Made by a program: the position numbers and the translations under genes
Notes under the pieces: model-generated
What the model saw: only the letters and a program-made list of their open reading frames with translations
What the model was told of the DNA's origin: nothing
Databases searched by the model: none
Shown: positions 52,690 to 64,000 of the stretch, in pieces
How the letters are laid out: each line of letters begins with the position of its first letter
How positions within the stretch are numbered: the stretch's first letter is position 1
Assembly (NCBI GenBank): GCA_002633005.1
Contig: NMRA01000262.1
Coordinates: 465,894-529,893 of the forward strand
DNA length: 64,000 nt
Origin: Phoronis australis
Taxonomy: Eukaryota; Animalia; Phoronida
Reading direction: 5' to 3'

Positions 52690-52816
52690 TGAGCCTATTC
52701 TAATACACGTCATCCAGTGACCATCAGATGATTGGCCTATTCCAATACACGTCACCCAGTGATCACCAGATGATGCGACTATTCCAACGCACGTCATCCA
52801 GTGACCACCAGATGAT
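52690..52816. repeat. ~41-bp tandem repeat x3
   Basis: cctattccaatacacgtcatccagtgaccaccagatga units. A further piece follows the N at 53814. Confidence 0.75.
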
Positions 52817-54459
52817 AGGCGGATTTAGGGGGGGCAGGGCCCCCCCCTCCCTTGGCTGCCGCAAAAAAAAATAAAACAGTAAGAGCGTAGGGAAATGTTG
52901 AGTTTATTAATTAACCCCGGTAATTAAAATTATACGGATGAAAAAAAGATTTAAATGTGTGCAGTTTTAGTGTTGGGGGGAGGCTCAAATCCAATTTCAA
53001 GTGTCAAATTCGGAACACGGCGCATTCGTAACGGAACTATGGCTATGTATAGGCTCTCCCGCGATATCCCAGGCGACCGGCAGTGGCGCTGCGCACTACG
53101 ACTCCGTTTCCGTCGTCTGCTCCACTGTGCAATGAAGAAAATTTACTTCATTTTTAAAGAAAATGGAACCTGAGTGACGATGAAAAAACAGAAGCTGCTG
53201 GTAAGATGTGAATTTCAATCGAAGCCTTAGTGAATCACTCAGAAACTCGCAATAATCTCTTTGTCAAACCTTATCTTAATACGATTTCCAAAGCAATCCC
53301 GTCATTATTGCCAACACGAAAAACAGATTTGGTCTTTTGGGCATTTGAAGACTATTTTAAATACGACAAATTTGTTACGAATTGATGGCACAAAATATAA
53401 AACGTGTAATAAGCATTACAAAAAGAAGTAGGTTTCGCGCGCAAACGCTGTGGACCATAAACTGCAACAAGTAGGTCTCTTAGTATGAGATTAGTAGTTG
53501 AATCGTGGTGGTGTAGTGGTAACGCCCGCGCCCCCTATCCGCCATGTCGTGAGTTGGAGTCTTTGTTACTTGCAGTTTTTCCTGTTTGATACGTTTTCCG
53601 TGTTTTTTTTGCCTTTTTTTCTTGGATATTACTTCAGGAATCAAGGACAATGCTTGAATTTTATAGGTAAAAACAGAAAAATTTCCTGGGCGGAAGTGGG
53701 GCAAACCCCCTCCCGACCTCCCCCCATTCGGTGCTATGCGCATCTACAATCGTGGTTCAGTTTGCGCAAATACTTACAGCCGGACAAAATATTGCCCCCC
53801 CCCCCTTTGTGATNTCATCCGGTGTCCACCAGATGACCCATTTTTCTGAAAATTATAATCCAGAAAAGGAATGGTTAACAAGCTAATTCACAACATGTAA
53901 CGTGAATATGATAACACGTGATCAATATTTGACGAAAGAATGAGATCTTTACGAAGGTGTCAGAGTTGTTTGAAAATCTGAGAAGACACTGATTTTAGTT
54001 GAGAAAAAAATATGAAGCTGGTCGTCCTAAGAGCACACACCGCTGGAATAATCTAGATTATTTGTAACTAAAAACATTTTCTTTTCGTACTTTTTTCTTT
54101 TGTCTTCTCATATGGGATATGGTTTTGAGCGAGTAAACGAAGCATTCAATGGAGATCGAGGAAAAAGTGCTCCTGCCTCGGTTGAAGTTTTTCCGTAATT
54201 TTGTGTTGTCATTGATACCTGGTTCCCGCTCGCTCAGGGTCGAGTTCCGTAAACGTAAGAATTTCGTGCGTAAAGTTAGGGTGATCATGTGCTTTGTTTG
54301 TAAGACATCAGGCGAAATCTCGCACAAACTCTTGTTTTCGCCAGCTTCTTGCCGCGCTAATGCATTTACGGAATCTAGCCCTGGGGTCTTTTTCGTGAAG
54401 TGAATTAGGTTTTAATTTTTTGGAAAATGCGTTGTGTGTACTTACACTGATGTCATCTG

Positions 54460-56357
54460 CCACAATAGTTGTCAGGCTTCTATGCAGTCTGACGTCTTGT
54501 TGCCCCTTCTTCGTAACAGCTGAACCAGGATTCTCTTCTACCCGCCGTACGCTAACTAGTTGGAGGCATAGCTTGATGTCGTCAGATGGCATCCAGCTTG
54601 TTCCTCCACTCGTTTCGACCCTAAATCATAAAGGTCTCCACTGGTGGGTCCACAGTGGCGGCCAACCCACTGTGCATCACTGAGGCCTCCAACTTCCTTC
54701 ATTCCGACGGAACCACAGCCAACAAGATGTCCTCTAGCTCAGCTGTCTCGCCCAGTCTTCTCACTGCAGCTTTCTTCCTTCCCCCTCGCACACCAAGCTT
54801 CTCCAGCAACCACCATACAGATCTTGCAGGAAATCCTCTACATCCCACCTCTACAGGAAACAACAAAGTTCGCCAGCCTCGAGCTCTGTATGTCTCCGCC
54901 AGCTCGCTATACTTAGATAACTTCCTCTCATGGGCCTCTTCGCATGCTTCCACCCAAGGCACCGTAAGCTCTATAATCACTATAAATTGATGAATATCCG
55001 ACCACAGAATGATGTCAGGCCGCAGTGATGTTTCCACAATACTCGGGAACACAAGCTTTCTTCCCAGATCTACTCTCATTTCCCAGCTTACTCCATCCAG
55101 GATGCAAGGCTGCTGACGTGACTTCTTCNGGGCCTCTTCGCATCCTTCCTCCCAAGGCACCGTAAGCTCTATAATCACTATAAATTGATGAATATCCGAC
55201 CACAGAATGATGTCAGGCCGCAGTGATGTTTCCACAATACTCGGGAACACAAGCTTTCTTCCCAGATCTACTCTCATTTCCCAGCTTACTCCATCCATGA
55301 TGCAAGACTGCAGACGTGACTTCTTCCGTATCTCACCTTCCCTGACGAATTGTATGTGCTGTCTGCTTGCCCTAGGCCGAGTTACTCTTGTCTTACGCTC
55401 TCCATCTATGACGTCTGCAAGGGTCTTCAGTACTTGGTCGTGGCGCCATCTGTATCGGCCGTGCTGCAGTGCCATCTTGCACCCTGATAAGATGTGGGCC
55501 AATGTACCTCTTCCTCCACACAACTGGCAGGCAGGGTCATCCACTAGGCCCCAGCGAAGAAGGTTTGCAGGCGATGGTAACACGTCGTAAACCGAGCGAA
55601 GTAAAAACTGGACACGCATCGGCTCCATACTCCAAACGTCTGCCCACGATATCTTCCTCTCTGGAAGATTCCACCTGGTCCATGCTCCCTGCTGACTTAG
55701 TTGGACTGCCTTGGCTTTACGGGCTTCCTCCTCTGCTGCTCTCACCTCAGCTTGGACCATCTCCCTCCGCTGCCTCTCACTCGCTTTCTCCCACTGTTGG
55801 AACTGGGATGTCCCCAACCCCTGGCGTCCTACGCAGGTGTCACCAATTATATCTCTGATCTGTAACAAACTCTCCGCCTGACTCGCAGATGTGTCTGCTG
55901 ACCACCGTTTCCCTGATCTTGTCATAACACCAGCATCCCTCACCTTTGGATCTCTAGAGTCGCGTAATGTGAGAACCAGCCTGCACTTCCCTACTTTAAA
56001 CTCCTCCGTGATTGACGCTAGAGGCAGCTGAAGCTCTGTTGTTCTGCTATAAAGACCAACCTGTGTGAAGCTTCTTGGGACTCCCAACCCCTTCCTCAGC
56101 CACATGCTAACTGTTCTGTTCAAGCACTCTACTGCCGATATCGGGATGTCATACAGCATAACACCCCACGTTGCTCGAGGTAACAGCCCGTGCTGGTAAA
56201 TCTATGCCTTGTACTTGCCAGGTAGACCGCTTTTCTTTATTCTCTTCAACCACTCCGTCACCTGGGTCTCCATCTGCTTGATGTTGTTCTTGCCGCACAG
56301 GAGATCATCGTACCATTTATCCAGGCACTTGATGGGCTTGTTAACAATTGATGGAAT
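54460..56357 (-). mobile_element. 5'-truncated HERO-like non-LTR retrotransposon (restriction-like endonuclease)
   Basis: RT thumb PIKCLDKWY, CCHC knuckle CQLC...HILSGC, RYRWRHDQVL, RLE motif RPDIILWS...IIELTVPWE. In-frame TAG at ~56203. A 4-nt insertion (~54735) displaces the natural end AERTSCWLWFRR. Internal duplication at N 55129. Confidence 0.88.
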
Positions 56358-56436
56358 ACAAATAAGTGCAAATTTTACGGAGGAATTTTAGACTTAAAAG
56401 TCTCAGCTGCTTTGTGAAAGGTATTCATATGGGAAG

Positions 56437-56640
56437 ATGAATCAGCAGCGTGTGTTTTACACAACGAAATTTAGATGTTCAATTCACACATTAGAAATTG
56501 AAGAAGGCAGAAGAAATTGTATTATCCGGAGTGAAAGAACTAGTAAAATTTGTAACACAGGAGATATTGAGACAAAAGAATATTTCATGTTACGTTGTCC
56601 AGTACTGGTAGATTTGAGAAATAGATTCATACCACGCTGT
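56437..56640 (+). mobile_element. C-terminal fragment of CR1/L2-group LINE ORF2
   Basis: FRCSIHTLEIEEGR...KICNTGDIETKEYFMLRCP..VDLR matches RxSxHxLxIExGR...CxxC...EDExHFxxxC. Confidence 0.65.
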
Positions 56641-57532
56641 CAGGATATCAGGTCTCTTTTTATCTCGAGAACAGCAGAGGGAGGCAGGGCACAGGAATAA
56701 CCAGAATTTCGCCGCATGCGCGCGCCCAGCCTAAAATGCAGGGATGCAGGGGTCCCAGTTTGTGGACCTTATTACTAAAAAAATGTGACGGAGATTTGTT
56801 CAAAGCCTATGCATTATGCATTCGCTCCCCGAGCCCTCCTTTGTGCACGGCATGTGCTAGTCAGCAATTCTTACCCTGAACTGTCAAATGGTATCTGGCA
56901 GAATTTTAGAGGGCCATGATCCCTTGCCCCCCCCCCTAAATCAGCCACTGTTGCTTGTGACTTGTGTTGCTGAATTAACTCATCTCGTTCGGACATAATT
57001 CCAGATCGGATGAACATGGAAATGCTTTAAACACCAAACTTATCGAGCGCCGGCTTCGTCGACAAGTTTGTGTATTTAGTCATTTTTTCAAAACAAAAGA
57101 ATTAACTCAGTAAACGCATGTATAATGTGAAATCCTGTACAGTTTGATTCTGATTTCATTCCAATCTGCCGTTAATTGGTTCACGTAACCGTAAGTTTAG
57201 TTAAAATTAGCGAAAAACAAAAGGAACATTCATAGGAAAACAACGGAATCAAGAACATCAATAAATCTTGTTTTATGAAGTTTTTAACTGAAAAAAAACG
57301 GATTATGCCTTTAATGGCAACGTAATAGTGGTTTTGGGTAGAAATCAGATTTTTTTGATTTTTATGAAAAAAGAAAAAATTCTTGAGACGAATACGAGTT
57401 AATCCTTTGGAAAACTGTAAAAGTGTTTTTGACATTTCACCTTATTGTTGTCGATCTTTTGCTGTGGCTGTACTTTTATTTTTACTAATTCTACTACAAG
57501 TGATCCAATAAATGGAAGATTGTTGTGATATA

Positions 57533-57951
57533 TTTTATATTGGAGCACCGGTACTGTTAGTTATGTTTTATATTGGAGCACCGGTATTGTTAGTTATGTT
57601 TTATATTGGAGCACCGGTATTGTTAGTTATGTTTTATATTGGAGCACCGGTATTGTTTGTTATGTTTTATATTGGAGCACCGGTATTGTTTGTTATGTTT
57701 TATATTGGAGCACCGGTATTGTTTGTTATGTTTTATATTGGAGCACCGGTATTGTTTGTTATGTTTTATATTGGAGCACCGGTATTGTTTGTTATGTTTT
57801 ATATTGGAGCACCGGTATTGTTTGTTATGTTTTATATTGGAGCACCGGTATTGTTTGTTATGTTTTATATTGGAGCACCGGTATTGTTTGTTATGTTTTA
57901 TATTGGAGCACCGGTATTGTTTGTTATGTTTTATATTGGAGCACCGGTATT
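57533..57951. repeat. 33-bp minisatellite, ~13 copies
   Basis: (ttttatattggagcaccggtattgtttgttatg)n. Confidence 0.95.
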
Positions 57952-58739
57952 CTTATGTTTTAGTATTGGTCATTTGGATTTCCTCTCAAATGACATTGCA
58001 GACGCCTGGGATCCATTTCTAAATCTTTTGTAGTCTAGCATTCTTGAAACATATAGTAGCATTGTTGTAATGTGTGAAAAAATAAATTTTAGTTAATGGC
58101 TTCTCGATTAGGTCTCAGTTAGGAAATGTCGATTTTCAATATTCTAGAATTTGTCAATATCGCAAGTGTCAGCACTTGGCAGGATCTACTTTATGACACA
58201 ATAACTGGTTTCTTAATTCAATAAATGACAATTACCCTACATACGTCAGCTATTCATTTTGCAGTCTTTTGGCGTACATGCGATTGGTATTGATCACTTA
58301 TTATAGTATAGTTACAAACACTTCGTCCATTAATGACAGTAACTTACTAATTGTTACAACAAATTCCATGCCTAGTCTGTACCCAAAACGAGTTGAGCAT
58401 ATTTTTGTCACGTCCGAATGTGATACGACAACAACTAACAAAAAAAGTAAATAGAGTTATATCTTCGCCCCTTATGTTATCTTAGCAAATTGCCTGTAAA
58501 ATGCTGAAATAATAATTTTAATGCTTCTTCTGTCTGTGGTGGGGCCTGAAAACTTTTGAATAAACTATAAAATGTAGAATGACGACTGTTTAGTTACACC
58601 ATATACATACAACCCTTCACCTGCATAAGATGCGTACATGGCGACCACTATTGGGCAAGCCATTCCTAGGATCAGCCAATAGGGGACGCTCAGAACGTGA
58701 CAAATAACTGACCGTTCAGTTATCCCTCATGGTTAAATA

Positions 58740-61715
58740 AAATGCATATGTACTCAATACATATTTGATTAATTCCTCACATAGCCATACAAAACACCAC
58801 AATGAGTTCACTGGCTCATACCATTGCTTTCTAGGAGTATTATATATTTTTGTGACATCACTCCTTGTAAAGGCACTGTTTGGCTAGTAAGAGCAAAATG
58901 TTAAATAGAAAATCATGTCTCTCAAAAATTAAAAGAATAACACGTTTGTACGAGAAATAGTTGGGAAGCTGAATGAGAAACTTTTGACGCAGTTTTCTAA
59001 ATTCCTTCCAAAAATTTGGTACAAGGCGACATTCCCAAAAAATGTGTGACAGCGTCTCTGGAGCTATATTACAAAAGAAACATCAATTAGAATCCCGAAC
59101 TTTGATTTTGACTAAAAAGTATTTGTTGCAATAATCCTGTGCAATATTCTAAATTGGAACCACCTAATGTTGGGATACTTTGTAATTTCATAAGGCATTG
59201 TGATATTTTCCTCCAATCTAAACTATCTTCTAAGTCTATTTCCAATTTACTCTCTTATTGTCGTTAAAGATAGAGCAAATATGTTTACAACCCTTCACAT
59301 CTTTCTGAGAGTGAATAACTCCTAAAAGCATGCATGAAGAATACACATTAACACTTTTAAATTTACTTTAAAATAGACTTTTTTAAGCCTTCTTAGTATA
59401 GAAACAACACCATTATATTCTACAAAGTTGGTTTTTACATCGAACACATTTATCATGTGGTCTAAACTAATGAAATCAACATCAGAGGTATACATATCTC
59501 TAATAAATTTTAAGCCTTTTACAAAGCAACACTTATAAAAAATACTACTGCCTCCGATACCCAAGATACTATTAAACCACAAAGGTTGATTCAAAAAGTC
59601 TTCTTTACTCGCAACAATTATTTTCTTATAGAATGTTGTCATACTTTCAAATTCATCGCGCCAGTAGGAATTTTCAGTTAGAGTTAACTTGGACGTAATA
59701 AAGTCTTCTCCAAATGAAGCAAAATTCTTTAAGAACGAGTAGAGTGAGTATAGTAACCCACCACTTTTAGACTCGGGGCTTTCAAGATATCTACGGTCCA
59801 TGGCGAGTTTTAAAGCTTTGCTGAAAATGTGTATATTAACCATTTGAAGTCCCTTTTGGTCTAGTCTTAAATAGGCTGTATTTTGCTTAATTCTATAATT
59901 ACGTCCCATAAAATCTAAAGAATATCGCATTCAATTGGTAAACTTGACGAGAAAAAATAAGCTTTTAAGTAGCTAACGTTTTAATTACAGTTACTCTACC
60001 AAACGGCGTTAAATTTCGTCGACTCCAACTTTATAATAAAAACTTAATGTCAGTCATTCTTGCAGTGGAGTTCTTGTGCGTCATGTTATATAATTGAGTG
60101 TTAAGATTCACCACCAAAAATCTAAAAAAAATTGCCCAAGACAGGCTTTCCTTTGTAGGAATCACGTCATCACTACCAGTTGTACTTCAAAACCATATGG
60201 CTTTTGTTTCATCCCCTTTTACTTGGAGACCGGAGACAGTAGCAAACATATGTAATACATTCAATGTGCTAGTCACTGGCAAATTCGACCCATACAAAGT
60301 AATTGATGTGTCGTTCGAAAATTGCGAAATCCAATATTCATTATTTCCTGCAACTGCAACTTTTTATGCTTGATTAAAACGCCAGAATCTCCGCACACAA
60401 TAAGAAAATGTAGGGCCACAAGCGGCCACCTTGTCTGCAGCCACGCGAAAATTGAACCTGGAAGATGGGTGGTGATTTTCGACAACACACGACTTAATAT
60501 TACTATAAAAGACTTGTACCCACATTCTGATTGACCAACCAAAATTAAGGAAAGATGAAGTTTTTTATTAAAATTCCACGACAATAAATCAAATGCTTTC
60601 TAAAAATTGATCAGTAAGAGCAATCCTGATTTGTTAGCTGACTAGGCATAAAACATTAAACCATATAGCACGCGGATATTTTCGTTCATATTTCTTCCAG
60701 AAATAAAACCTGTCTGGTCCATACTGATTAGTTTTCCTAAAACGGATTTTAACCGTTCGGCCAAAGCTGAAGAAGCCAATTTATATGTCACATTGAGTAA
60801 GGATATGGGTCTCCAGTTTTTCAATTAATGTTTCCTTTTATCTGCTCCCTTGGAGATGTAGATAATCACTCCGTCTTTCTGTATTGATGATAACTGACCA
60901 GCAGTAACACCAGAATTAAGTGAGAGAACAACGAAATGTCCGATATCAGTCCAAAAAAAATTCAGAAATTCCACTGAAAAACCATCGCAGCCTGGACTCT
61001 TGTTGTTTTTCATTTTTGGCTCTTGTTCAGTTGTTTTTCTTGTATTTCAAGCATTGTGTGACTTCTTCATACGTATGAAGACCTTTTAATTTTTCCTTTT
61101 CCTGTCTCATTCAGTTTGGAGACACACACCTTATTAAAAAAAGTTGCTGAAGCAGTATTGTTAGAATTTCTATATTTGTTTAGATTTTTATCCAAAGTTT
61201 AGGTTTCCTGAATATCCTCTTCTTCACTGTTAGTTTTAATTTTGTCAGCTTTCCATAAAAAGCCATAAACTTACTTGTGTAATGCCTATTTTCCAAGTGA
61301 AGAAAATGTTTGGACGGTTTTTCATCCTTCTCAGTCATAACACCTTTTAACTTATTCTGCCTCAGCTCGGCACATTCATTATTTTTTGTTCAAATATTTC
61401 CTTGTCAAGACTGAGGCTTTTTCGAACAAGCTTATTTCTTCAATACGTTGCTGTTCAGTTCTGTTACTTTTTCATTTTAAGTAGGTAGCAAAGGAAGTTG
61501 TTTTGTCGCGAATCTCCATCAACAATGTTTCAAGAAAAAGTTGATCATTTATACACAATTGTAAATCTGAATTACTTGTACATGTACTTGCACTATCGAC
61601 TGTCTTAATGACGTCAGTCATATACTGGTGCTTAACTAATTCAATAGTATCCTTGACCTCAGCAATAAATTCAGAGTTTTTTTTAACAGAGAGTTATTAA
61701 TCTTCCAAAATGATT
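58740..61715 (-). mobile_element. Degraded L1/Tx1-clade retrotransposon ORF2
   Basis: WKINNSLL (~61685-61708), MKNNKSPGCDGFSVEF, KNWRPISLLNVTYKL, DQTGFISGR, NQPLWFNS, and a C-terminal FCNIAPETLSHIFWEC knuckle. Many frameshifts. Confidence 0.88.
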
Positions 61716-62886
61716 AACTCTATGATACATGAAACAGCAAAGAAAAAACTTTATCCGACTATTCCTGGTTCAGTCCCCTGGCTCCCGGACTAGTTGTCGA
61801 AAGTGGTTCTATGACTGTGGAAGATGAGACCGGGGCCAGACTATTCCTATTCCCAGCCAGAGCCACGGTTAGGTATGCCCTACGTATAAAGAATGACCAA
61901 TGCAATTGTCGTGTTTGTTAACTGATTTTCCCGGTAAGTCGCTGGATGTCTAAAAGCGTAACTCAAGAGTCTCGCTTCATAGACAACAAAATTTGAAATT
62001 AAAATGATGCAATAAAATTAGGTTTGATTTCGATATCTACAACACTCGTCGAGCAGACAGCCGAGAATTCACAATGCAAACTCTTGCGTTGTCTTGTGGT
62101 CACAAGCTTTAATGATAGCAAACATTGGCCACTTGCCCCAATTTAGCGGCATTCCAGGGCTAGAATTACTGTATTGGAAGAGCGTGTTAATGGTCCCAAC
62201 GGTCTTGGATGAGCGTGAGGTTGCCAGTGTTGCTGTGATGCTTCGGGAATCGGTGGAGCGATCAGTACATGACTACTTAAGTTAGTATCTAAATTTGGTT
62301 GTTCGTAGCCGATAAACATAATTCTGTACTTTTTCACTGGCTCGTGTTGTACACGAGAGAGCCATGGTGAGAATTCATAGCGGAGAGTGAAACAAGAGAG
62401 AAGAAAACATATGAGTTTATTATGCGCCGTAATATAAAATACAAAAAATCTACAAACTTACAACACATCATTACCTTCCGTCGTCATCTCGGCTTTAACC
62501 AAAACCACCCAAAAATATCTGAGCTTGAGAAATATAAAGCTCCTAAGAAAAACATTTACTAAGTTGGTTGGAATTTCTTGCAGATAGGATCGAGACCCGG
62601 CAGAATCCAAAGTCTGAGTGAGCTTGTGGAAACCATTTTTATAGGAGAATTCTCGCCTCGAAGGTACCGAAATACGCTGAAATAGAGATCTAGAGTTGAA
62701 TGTAAAAACCAATCGAATTGCAAAGTGAACATTTCGTCATCGGCAGTACCAAATAAGGGGATTCACAAAGGAGCACCCACTCTAGCTTCCAGAGAAAGGG
62801 GACATAGTCATGTCTCACGTCTCCATCAATAGGCAGCGCTCTCGTCACACTGCTCTTTAGGTTTGTAAGGTGAGTAAATAATCAAC

Positions 62887-62997
62887 ATGGCGGCGCCCAA
62901 GGATAGTCATCCTGGAATTGTGGAAAGTCTGAAGAGAAACCTTGCAGAAAAGGAAGAAGAAATTAGAAAATTGAGAAGACTTTTAGAGAATAGAGAG
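62887..62997 (+). CDS. Probable first coding exon (coiled-coil N-terminus; possibly MOCS3/UBA4-like)
   Basis: caacATGGCG start context. MAAPKDSHPGIVESLKRNLAEKEEEIRKLRRLLENRE, then GAG|gttatt. The likeness to the MOCS3 N-terminal coiled coil is from memory only; the rest of the gene lies beyond the window. Confidence 0.55.
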
Positions 62998-63112
62998 GTT
63001 ATTGTTTACAATATGACGACATTGACTTACACATAGGATTTTGGTATCGTTCGATTCCCCTCAACGTTATCTTTCCAAAAATATATGAATCATGATTGAA
63101 TGTATCCCCTAC

Positions 63113-63776
63113 CACAGGCGTCATCAGCTTCTGATCGTCCCCAATACACTACATATAATACTACAAGGTATGACACTCCCGACTAGAAATTCCACGGGTG
63201 CTTCACTTCAGCCGTCCATAGCAAACATAAAACTCAATAAATTTACACAAAACGGGTTCAACAAACCACGAAGAATTGTTCTTTCTCCCAATACCATTCA
63301 CGGTGTCCTGTAACGGAGACTTCGTAAGAAATTCGCAGTCAAAGAACAAAAATGTTCACAAAAAGCCCCCACACATGTCCTCCCTGGGCCCGTCGAGGTC
63401 AAGGACGGTACGGAAATTGCTGGTGAGTTACGGAAGTAGCGACATCGTGACTTTAGGCGACAAAGCGCCAATTTCCGTACCGTCCTTGACCTCGACGGGC
63501 CCAGGGAGGACGTGTGTGGGGGCTTTTTGTGAACATTTTGTTTTTTGATTGCGAATTTCTTACGAAGTCGCCGTAACAGGACACCGTGAATGGTATTGGG
63601 AGAAAGAACAATTCTTCATGGTTTGTTGAACCTCTGTTTTGTGTAAATTTATTGAGTTTTATATTTGCTTTGGACGGCTGAAGTGAAGCACCCGTGGAAT
63701 TTCTATTCGGGAGTGTCATACCTTGTAGTATTATATGTAGTGTATTGGGGACGATCAGAAGCTGAGGACGCCTGTG
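63113..63776. mobile_element. Foldback MITE with ~305-bp inverted arms
   Basis: cacaggcgtc...gacgcctgtg termini. Arms 63113-63419 and ~63469-63776 are near-perfect reverse complements. A partial copy starts at 35881. Confidence 0.9.
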
Positions 63777-64000
63777 GTCTGAACAAGTAGCAGCATTTCA
63801 CCTTTTCCAATTTTTTTATAATTGTGACCATTTGACCATTTTTCCACAAAAATTGTTTGAAAATTGTTTTCACCAATTGGGATCTCAAAACCAACCTCCG
63901 CTTTTTCGCAGATTCTTGGTAGCAGATGCGTACCAGGGTCACCATAGGATTGAATTCGAACCCTTGGCACCGTAACTCAGGCAGGGGATAGACGGGTCTC

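Noticed and set aside
54932-55326. Tandemly duplicated endonuclease domain in the HERO-like ORF
   Set aside because: The duplication is centred on a single N, so it is most likely an assembly overlap.
57512-58033. 173-aa hydrophobic repeat ORF (FYIGAPVLFVM)n
   Set aside because: Arises from a 33-bp minisatellite that is open in two frames; no gene context.

Overview
AT-rich, intron-containing animal DNA, most consistent with a marine invertebrate, dense in degraded transposons and MITEs. Supported genes: (1) four exons of a minus-strand single-pass membrane protein whose C-terminal helical motif resembles the dynein stalk microtubule-binding signature (1301-10342, incomplete at both ends); (2) two tandem two-exon genes (30310-32997 and 39791-40478) that the ORF track splits, each encoding a 95-aa secreted precursor of signal peptide + Arg/Trp-rich cationic CxxxC-x11-CxxxC peptide + KR + acidic C-terminal propiece. 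These are candidate novel antimicrobial or toxin peptides and the main finding; (3) a two-exon galactose-3-O-sulfotransferase-family gene (49517-51905); (4) a probable first coding exon at 62887. Mobile DNA includes HERO-like, Tx1/L1-like, CR1/L2-like and RNase H-bearing LINE relics, solo LTRs, an ISL2EU-like element, THAP and Myb remnants, foldback MITEs and minisatellites. Several direct duplications abut single Ns and look like haplotype-join artefacts. All calls were made by eye; no searches were run.
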